Shown piece by piece: positions 53,993 to 64,000 of a DNA stretch of 64,000 nucleotides (positions are counted from its first letter, which is position 1; the number at the start of each line of letters is the position of its first letter). A program made the translations under genes and the position numbers. The stretch covers positions 6,200,001-6,264,000 of the forward strand of contig OZ059899.1 in the NCBI GenBank assembly GCA_964057225.1, written 5' to 3'. This DNA comes from Auanema rhodensis (Eukaryota > Animalia > Nematoda). The notes beneath the pieces are model-generated. The model was not told the DNA's origin. It saw only the letters and a program-made list of their open reading frames with translations, and did not search any database.

Positions 53993-55678
53993 GAGGGAAA
54001 TATGGCAATTCGAATTGGAAAAATGCAAGAAAACAGAAGAAAATTTCAAAATTGACAAGAAGATAATATTACAACGCAGCTTGAAAGTTAACATTGGCTT
54101 TTCTGAGGTGTAAAACTGCAAAGTGCAAATACATTTTCACTCAACACTGCATGAAGTTGATGTAAATGCCAACATGTACGTCGTCTGGCTTCATCTCGAG
54201 AGTGATTGACATCGTGCACGTTAACGAACTTATGTGTTTTGTGAAATGTAGTATAAATCTGACAGAACTTCGTAACATTAAAGAAATAGTATTCAGTTAA
54301 ATGAGTGATAAAAGAAAAATAAATGTCTAGCCAAGCAGGCACATGCTGTGTTAGTCCTGTTCTTCCAAGTGCCTTATGCCTAAGATGGCTTTTTCTTTGA
54401 TTGACAAAAGCAATGTAAGGGGTTGGCAAATAAATAGAATTTTTAAAAAAAATGATAAAATTTATGAATTTTTAAAGAAACGAAAAATCAATATGAAAAT
54501 AATATTAAAAGAGAGAATAATCATGATACTTGATGCATTATAACAACTCTTATTCAAATGTTATTTATACTTTTACCTACAAAACCTGCAAAAAAAATGA
54601 AATGATGAATAGATCTCATTCATACAGAATAATAAGGATTTAGATAATTAAAAAAAACATTTAAAATGTTCTTCATAAGATGAATTTACAAAAGAAAACT
54701 CAATGAATAAAGTATTCTGTGACTGAATGAAATGCTTTCATGATAATGATGTGAATCATTCAAAGATGATATCAACTAAGAAACTAAACCAATGTTCTAT
54801 GTTGAAATCATATATGCATAGTAAAATAAATAGTTAAAGTAACTATATATATATAGTAATATATTCTGGAATCAAAGGATAAAAATCATTTCATATATTG
54901 TATTTACTTGCGGTCACTTTTCATTATATTATGCAAGTAAAATTATTTTAGTCAATTCTAAGTTTTCACAAGAAAATATTTAATTCTGCTGATTTGGGAA
55001 ATATATACAAGATAAGAAGAGAAAGAATTTGAAAAGAAAAAATTAGATATGATTCAATAGAATTTTGAAGAAATAAAATACGGAAACTTCATGTAAACTA
55101 ATAATACTGAGAAGCTTAATTGATATCATGCTGGCTTATAATAAAGCACAACATTCGTGACATCAATGAGATTGATGAAGTCCTAATCTCAAGCAATGCA
55201 ATCTTTTGCTTGTCAATTTGGAAGAAAATTGAAAACGGAATAGGAAAGAAAGGAAAATGATCAAAATATACGATATCTATCCAGCCTTTGAATATATTTT
55301 TTTTCTCAAATGTGGTCGGCAATTTAATGCTGTGTACGTGTTGTTCTGTGCATGATCTTTGAGCTTGTGCACATTTCAGCTAATGAAATTTGCTAGACGA
55401 ACAAGGTCATAAAGCCAAGTGCATAATTAGAAATGTTGGTCTAGCCTTCATACCATATCATGCTCCTGATGAATAAATTTAATAGATGAATGTTAAGACT
55501 AAGTGCAAGACGTTGTTGCAAATATTGCAGAAACTAAGAAGAAGAAGAAGAAGAAATCATTTAAAGAAGTTAGGGAATGGTAAAATGTAAACGTAATAAT
55601 GAAAAAATGAGAATAACCGTTTTGTACTTTCTTTCAATACAAAAGAAATTATTTAAAATGTGCGTTACATGTCAGGTT

Positions 55679-55696
55679 CACGTGAAAGTTCACGTA
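55679..55696. promoter_or_regulatory. Tandem E-box-like pair with 6-bp spacer (CACGTG-aaagtt-CACGTA)
   Basis: Seen directly; the first box is TCACGTGA. Confidence 0.45.
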
Positions 55697-55775
55697 TTCA
55701 CAATAGGTAAATAGCCATATGAAATTTAAAAAAAAGTACAAAATGAATATAACAATAAGACTACTTTTTAAAAGT

Positions 55776-55814
<39 letters not shown>

Positions 55815-58800
55815 TATATATATAGTAATGTATATAAATCGCAATTATTCATACAAATGTTCAAAAATTGAAAATGAAGTAATTTATATACGTATAGAAA
55901 TATACTTTCTATGTATGTATGTATGTACATATATATATATATATAGGTTTATAGTTAATGACAAGCAATATTCATCAATCAATTGTTAAATACTACAATT
56001 ATTATTATTTGCTACAACGAGAAAGCATAAATTTAAGCTATGACTACGAAATAGAAAAGGAATATTTCATAAGTATGAAAGTGGCATTGCTGTACTTTAA
56101 AGATGCATTATAAGAAGGCATTGTTCTATTTTTAATTAGAAGTAGTTAGATATTCATTTGACTAAAAAAAGGAAAAAAAAGGACAGCAGAAACTACAACA
56201 GCTTTTATTTTTTTTTGTGAAACTTTTTAAGTAAATGAATAATTCAATCTGCTTGGAGTTAGCAAACCAGCCAGGAATTCATAGACAGACTCGAAAAAAG
56301 AACTTTCATTTCAATTTCAACCTGAAGGATACTTCAATCTTCCAGAAAATTGTAGTTTCAAGCTTTTTGAACTAATTGGCTTGAAATGCAATCGGTCAGC
56401 TTTAAAAGAGAACTAGAGAAAAACTAATATTCTTTGAAAGATTTTTAGAAAAATGCCTTTACTGCAATCATGAAAACGAAAATAGCTTCTGATTCCTCAA
56501 GTTGGTAAGCAAAAAGATTGTCGATTAGATGAAGACGATAGAGAAAAAGAGAGAAAACGAAGACAAAATGCACATCAATCGTTGTCTGGAAAGAAAACTG
56601 GCAGACTAATCTGGCTATGAGCACAAAGAAAAGTGGTAGCAAAATCAGAGAAAAGATAGATAAGGATGATGGGATAGAAAGATGCCGATGAGAAACAGAC
56701 TACAGATGACTGTGATTTTTAAATGTCTTTTCCCTTAACATATCTTTTTTCAGTCTGCTACTTAACACATCTTTCACGAGATTTGCAAAAACATCACAAC
56801 TATTACTGACTATCAGCTCTGCAACATCTCATCTTTTCCATAGCTGATATCAGTTTCTTTTATTTAAGAATACATACGAATATAGCAAGACAGAGATTTC
56901 AATTCCTGGTTAAGTTGAAAATCACGTTTACCTTTCAAAAGAATACATAATAGTAAATATTGTGTATAAAAGTTGTTTTACAGTGTTTAGAGATTACTCT
57001 TCACCTCATTCATCATAATGGCAGTAATTCCAGTGTTTTTTCTTTCAAACATTTTACTCAAAGAAAGAAAAAGAATGAAATACAACTAGTAAACATTATG
57101 ATAACTATATCACTGTTTGAACTTTTATATTTTTGATTCAAGTTGATCCGTATAATCTAATAAACTAGATAAATGTATTGGATTTTAAAATATAGTTAGT
57201 TATCAATATAATTTCAGTAGATAGAATTGTATTTGATTAACGAAAAAAGAAATATGTAGAAGACAAATTAGAAAAGATTAAAACGGTAAAGTTTCTTTTC
57301 TATAAATAGTTAAATACATATTGATGTATATAAATCGCAGATGCAATTGCAAAAAAACGTTTATCATAAGAATTTTTTGTGTTACTGGCTTGGGGTCAAA
57401 AGCAAATCATAGGACAATCAGAGTTTAAACATATTTTTTTCTCTATTTTTCTATTCAAACGGTTATAGCTGTGTTTAAACATAAAAATGATATCAATTCA
57501 AAGGCTTGTTATCAAAGATTTATGAATTACCATTAAGATTCATTTTCAAAAAAGAATTCTATATGTTCTTATGATTTAAGTAGCTAGTCAAAGAGTCCTA
57601 GAATCAAAAAAAAATGAAACAAGAATGATGGGGTGAGAGAAACATCTCAGCCATAAATGGTAATAACTATTATATCAAAGCATTATAGTTAAGTTGTATG
57701 ATGAAGTAATGAAAAGAAAAAAAAACTTTTTTTGCTATTTAAGAAGATCATTGATGAACTTGATGAATCAAATGTGTTTATTAGAAATTAATGATGTCTA
57801 CATTGCAGAATTTTTGAGATTTAATCATTATCCAAGTAGGTTAATAGTACAAACTATTATATCAAAACAAATAATAGTTCATCTATTTTTAATACAAGAA
57901 ATACAAAAATTTATTCTTTTATATATTTAAAAATATAAAAATTCACGTACCCAATTCGAATGCTGAAATCCTAAACCAAATCTGCGAAGGTCCTCTAGGT
58001 ATGATGGGGGTGAGTAGGGAGGGAAGGGGGCAAGATAAGGACTGGACCTGTAAATATATTTAATATAGTTAATTCGGAATAATCTGTAAAGAATACATAA
58101 AACAAGGAAGAAAGAAATATAAACATGTAAAAGAATTGAAATGCAATATATGATATAGTTAGTAACATAGTTATATTCAGGAAATATAATGAATATGAAA
58201 GGTTATTGAGCAATATTATTCTATTGCAATATCATATAAAGAATATGTTTACTAGTTTCTGTGACGTTGAATTCAATACACAAACCTATATTGTGTTGTA
58301 CTTTAATAATGAATAAAACTGTTCAAACTACATACTTCTATTAAGAATATTTTATTCTTTTTGATGATATTTGAAAGAATATTGGATGATTGAATTCCTT
58401 TTTCAATCAAAGTCATTTTTTTTCACATGAAAAGAATTGAAAGAAGGGTAAAAAAATGAGAAAGTGCATGAGAATTTCAGAAAAAAAGAATAAAAGATAA
58501 AGTGGACTTGAAGTCGAGTTTTTAATGTGCTCTCATGGCGATTCATAATGATGTTGAAGATGGGAGTTAGTTGCTAAACGATTACGGTCAATTTTCTTTT
58601 TAAATTCTAGAGTTAGTACAAATAAGAATTAAATATAGAAATACATTATACATAATATAGCTATATCATATATTTTCAATAAAAAAAGATTATGGTCTCA
58701 TTTTTTTTTTCGACAAAGTTGATGGTTGATCAATTATAATCAGTGTCCAGCACATTGTTGACAAACAAAACTAGCCGTCTAGAGCAGAAGAACAAAAACC

Positions 58801-61800
58801 AGATGATAGAGAACATTGAGCAAGAACCTTGGCTCATATATTTGCGGAATCAGTATCTCCTTTGTGCATTATTTTTTATGATCCCGAGAGAATATTCAGT
58901 CTGTTGAGCTTGTTCATCTTCTCTATCCTGACATCCAAACTGTTGCATCAGAAACTAAGGCTAAGAAACCACTACATCACTTAACAAAAAGTCCAGTTTC
59001 TAATCAACATTGATAGTATAATGTTGATTTTTTTTGTTTGACAATGGCAATAACAGGATGAACAAGATGATCATTAGATTGAACTCTTGTTTTTGTTGTT
59101 TTTCTCTTCAAAATTGTAATCAGTAAAGTAGTTTACTTAAGACTAACTATATTTTGACCAATATGAGCTAATGATCAAAGAAAAAACAAGAAAAACTCCG
59201 AGAAAATAGAGAAATAATCAGTAATTTCTGAATTAAAATGAAATTGAACACTATAATTCAAGTCTATTTCAAATATATTGTTCGAGGCTTTTGTCGTCGG
59301 TCACTATGATATTGCAAGATTACAATGCTGGAAGTTGATTGACCGCCATGCGATGATGTCAAAGAGGAATCGAAAGCTATCTTGCCTTTTACACATTGGA
59401 ACTTATTCGAGTGGAAAGACAAAAGCTGACAAATATAAAAAATGTATTGAATTGTCTTTGAATTTAGCTTGCGTTGCAGTAAAAGAAATTTGGATAAAAA
59501 AATGAGTAGAAGCTTTGCGACTTCTTGCAGCATGACCACCAGATGAAACTGAATGATTGTGTCAGCTGGTCGTCGTCTTATTGCTTTTTTTTCTGAATTG
59601 CCCTAGAGCACTTTTGAGCAAAAGTATAAACTGTGTTGGCATATTGAATAGTTTTCCTATACGATCAGAATCATTAAATGCAGTTATTAGGTATATATCT
59701 ATATATTTACGATGGCGATATAATGGATATGAAAAAGTATTTTAATAATCTCTGTTTCTAAGGCCAATACAATGTGAAATTTAATGTGAATTTCTTTAGA
59801 AATAATACAAAGGAGAAATATTAATGTAAGAAGAGATGAAGAAAATCATGTCATTATATATGTTTTTGATAACTTTTAATAGAAAATTTTGATTGCTTCA
59901 AATATGCTATTATAGATGAGATGTTATTCAGAAGTTTTTTGATGTTGTTGGCAGGAAAGTAATTTTAGTTAGAATTGAGGAAAAAAATGCTTTTAATAGG
60001 GGCAACCGCTGAATGATACCTCCTATAGCAGTTTTTTGATGATCATTATATTGCGCTGATGGTGATGAGAGACAGAATGTTCTCATTATTGTCGTATACT
60101 TCAGAAGACGTTGATCAATTATGGCCATATTCTTCAATTTGCCGTTATTGTCAACGCCGTCATCACTATGTCATCTTTCCTTTTTTTTTTGTGCTTCTGC
60201 CATTTAGCCATTGCTTCAACCGGTTTCATCAACTTTTTCACAGACACTGTCTGAGAACGAACGTCGTCACGCGATGCCGAAGACGACCACGACGACAATG
60301 AAATCAGAATATAGCGATATATGTTTGTTCGTTCCATTAAAAGTTTTGATCAGATCGAGGACGACCGGATGAATAAAATGAAAAAAATTGAAAAGTAAAC
60401 AAGGAATAGTGATTAGAGATTAGACTAAGAATGTAAAACCATAGCTATACCACAAAACGAACTTTAGAAAACCTATATCTTAACTTTCAATTTCTGCTTT
60501 ACAACAAACTCAACAACGAAAATAACACCAATCTAAACGATTTCAAGAGTTTTCATAATAGACTAGCTGTTGGTTCAAGATTCCAAAAAAAAAGAAGAAA
60601 AGAACTGCTCGATAGAAACTGAATAATACAAACTTACAGTTGAGGACAAATATGAAAGAGTTGAAATTGTAGAATTCTTTTATTATAAAGAAGAAAAACA
60701 GGAAAAGTTTATTAAATTAAATTTTAAAAAAATCAGAAATTTGAAAGACGTAATCGACGTTTTGTAGTTTTTATTCATCGTTTCATTCTTCAATTATCTT
60801 ACTCATTCATTCATATTCTTCAATTTTTTTTTATCTTAAAGTAAATTAAATTTTGTTTTCTTCGTTATATATATAATATTTGAACTATCCGAAAAAAATT
60901 ATCAATATTTGAACAAATTCAATGAAGAAAAAAAAACATTTCATACGTGTATGCGTGAAAGAAGGTTTACTATTGCTCTGTAAATGTTATAAGAGGTTGA
61001 ATTTTTATCATTTTCTTTTCCTGTATTAAAGTTTAAACTATAATTTTAGTTAAATATTTTATGGATTTCTTTCAGAATTAGTTAAATTCAAAAAGAAAAT
61101 ATTTTTAAAGTGAATGTAGAAGAAAGGTTTTCAAAACGAATAAACTACTAATGTTTCCTATAGATCATTTCAATTTGACCATTATGATTGAATATTTAGA
61201 AAAAGAAGTACGAATGGAAATGAAAGAAATGCCATAAAAGCAAAGAAATAAAAAAAAAGATAAAAAAACGAAAAGAAGCACAACGTTTGTAAGTTTATAC
61301 ATGAAAGAGAAAGAGAGAGAGAAAGGGAATGAGAGAGGAATGATGGAGAGAGAGAGAGAGAGAAAGAGAAAGAAGAGAGTGAGTAAAGTAGAGAAAAGGG
61401 AAAAGAGTGAAAGAACAGACGAGGATACGCGCGATGTTGCACTTTTGGACTTCTTTTGCACAAAACCAAAAATTTTATGTGGAACATGTCAGTTTATACA
61501 CAATTTGAATAACATTTTCCTATCTAGAAAATCGTTAAGCATGTTTTACATGCACCTATAAATTCAAAGAAGCTTCTACAAGTAATGTTAAACTTTGCTA
61601 TACAAAAGCTTCGAAATGTCAAAGTACTGAGACTGTCCTTTCAATCTTTTGCACGAAGCTTTCTCCGGTTTCAAAGAAACATTTCGTAAACATCCTATAG
61701 TAAAGATGGAATAAAATTTTCTTTTCTTATCTGTTCTTTTCCTTCTATTTCTTCTATTTATTTCTCTGCCAATCTAAAGAATTAAATGGCTTTTTCCTAT

Positions 61801-63621
61801 ATTTCACTTTAACCCGGAAAGTTTTTTTTTTGTTTTAAATTTCTCGCTATTTTAACCGTTGTTGTAATGGATTGAAGATTTGATACATCAACTCTCATCA
61901 ATAACTTTTGAATTTTGACAAATTTTCTAGCGAAAGACAAACTACCGAGGGGCAAGAGCTGGCCGCAAGACACATAACAAACTATGAAGACTTGAGGAAG
62001 GCTGTTTCAGTAAGACATCGACTTCCCTCAGCTGTGAACTAATAGCATTAGACCAATGTCCGCGTTTTGCCCTGGGCAGTTGCTTTGTGTTCAGTCAGCC
62101 ATTTTATATGATGATGAAGCCATGGTGAATAGTGTGGCAGCTTTCAATAAGGTAGAATTGCGAATTATGTTATTCTTGGTCCTCTTCTTGGTTCTTAACC
62201 TGACGGAAGAACAGAAAGATGAATGAATTAAGTCCAGAAGCCATCATCAGTTATTTTATGAAATTAAATGTCATTGTTCTGCCATCCAATATACATTTCT
62301 TAGATAATCAGTAGTAAAAATAAAGAAAATAAGACTAATATCTAAAGAAATAACATGAATATACTATATGATATGAGGTTGGATGATTACAATAAGAAGC
62401 AAAGAAACGTGTATTAGTCACTTTTCAACAAGGAAGATAAGATATTGGTAAGGATCAGTTTACAAGAATGATCAGTACTAGGCCATAGCAAAGTAATGTG
62501 TCCAAGGAAAAGAGAAGGGGGCAAATCTGATAAACTAGAGACTCAGCTTCTTGTTCATTGACTTTACTTTAGAATTTGCACGTTAGGAGTTTAATATGTT
62601 ATTCAAGCTGGAATCGTACTACTATTAAGCTTAAGAACCAAGTCCTTTTTATCTGTTCAACTAAAAGTTCATAACAACAACTGAGGGAGAAAGATATTAG
62701 CAAAATTATTTCTTATCTCTATGTATATAATATTTAAAAAAAAATAAGAATATAAGGCTAAATTATAATATCAGCTTATACAGTTATATCTTTTTTTATT
62801 TATAAATTATTAATATTATATTTTATAACTTATAAATATAAAAATATTCAAACTATTTCATCATTTTTCTACTTTTAATATTCATTTTCACAAATTCCCT
62901 TTGATATTGTTGCAATAGATTTTCTTTATGTGTGAATAATTTTTTATGATTTTCATGCTCAAATTTTCAATTTGATTATATTCTGATGAAAACATTGTGA
63001 AAAATAATATTATATTAACCATATAAATAATAATTAACTTATCTTTGAAAATAATTGAAATAGTTAAATGAATTTCACGTGAAAAGTTCATTTTGTTGTA
63101 ATGGATAGTATTTGTGTTCAAGTTAAAGTAAGATGAAGTTTTTTAGAATTCTTGAAAACAGAGTGATAAATTTTCTTTTTTTTTCTTATAAATATATGTA
63201 TGATGAATAGATAAAGGTTAGTTAAGTATCAATAGCATAATATAAATAAAAGTTATTCTAAGATTTCCGGTATTCTGTATGTCCATTGTCCATAACTGCT
63301 TGACTCGTATCAAATGGACTTGTTTGCCAGATATCCAATTTCTTTCATTAGGTTTAAGCATTCAATATAAATAGTAAAAACAGTTCATTTACACATAGAT
63401 CATGAATAATGATCTTTGCCTTTACGAATGGGTCCGTTTACAAATATAAATTGTATGTATTATAAGCATGTGGATCAAGCTTTTTAATAAATTATAATAT
63501 CTATTTCTAATTAAATTTAATCTGTTGAGAGCTACTAAGTAAGAAAGAACAATAAAGATAATTAAGAGTAGAAAATGAGAGGAAGATAAGTAAGAGGGAA
63601 AGAATATAAGAAGACAAAGAA

Positions 63622-63629
63622 AGAGAGAA

Positions 63630-63697
<68 letters not shown>

Positions 63698-63706
63698 GAG
63701 AGAGAG
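63622..63706. repeat. (AG)n microsatellite
   Basis: Seen directly. Confidence 0.95.
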
Positions 63707-64000
63707 AAGAAAGATATTATTAAGTATTAATAGTTTAAGATACGGTAAGAAGAGCAAACGAGAATAACAGAAGGTGTGAAATACAATAAAAGAAAAGAAG
63801 AAAGGAAGAAGAATAGGATGTATAAAAGAGATAGTTGATAAACTAGATAAGTTATAAGCTTAACTAAAAAAAACTAAAGTTATATTCTTTATATGAAATA
63901 AGAAATAATTTCTAAAATATAGAATATGTATATATAAAGAAATGAATGATTAATATGGTTTTGAAAATGGTGGTAACAATATTCAGATTACTAATATTAT

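Overview
AT-rich eukaryotic DNA, most likely a nematode, judged from roughly 50-70 nt introns, TTTCAG/TTTTAG acceptors and a GAR-3-like receptor. Only two protein-coding genes are well supported, both on the minus strand. (1) A muscarinic acetylcholine receptor of the GAR-3 type (1729 to beyond the left edge, 8 exons visible). It has a very short third intracellular loop and Asp in place of the conserved TM6 Asn (WLPYD). (2) An intron-containing IER (immediate early response, IER2/IER5-like) gene at 34993-33012. It has a GC-box/TATA promoter island, a dense CRE/ACGT cluster and a long 3' UTR. About 27 kb on each side of the IER gene has no recognisable gene. This space holds GC-richer islands, (GA/CT)n and (AT)n microsatellites, a recurring tandem E-box motif with a 6-bp spacer, and a 59-codon relic resembling the N-terminus of a Maverick/Polinton cysteine protease, which falls below the ORF-track cutoff. 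Most listed ORFs are microsatellite or low-complexity artefacts. All homology calls come from remembered family motifs; no searches were run.
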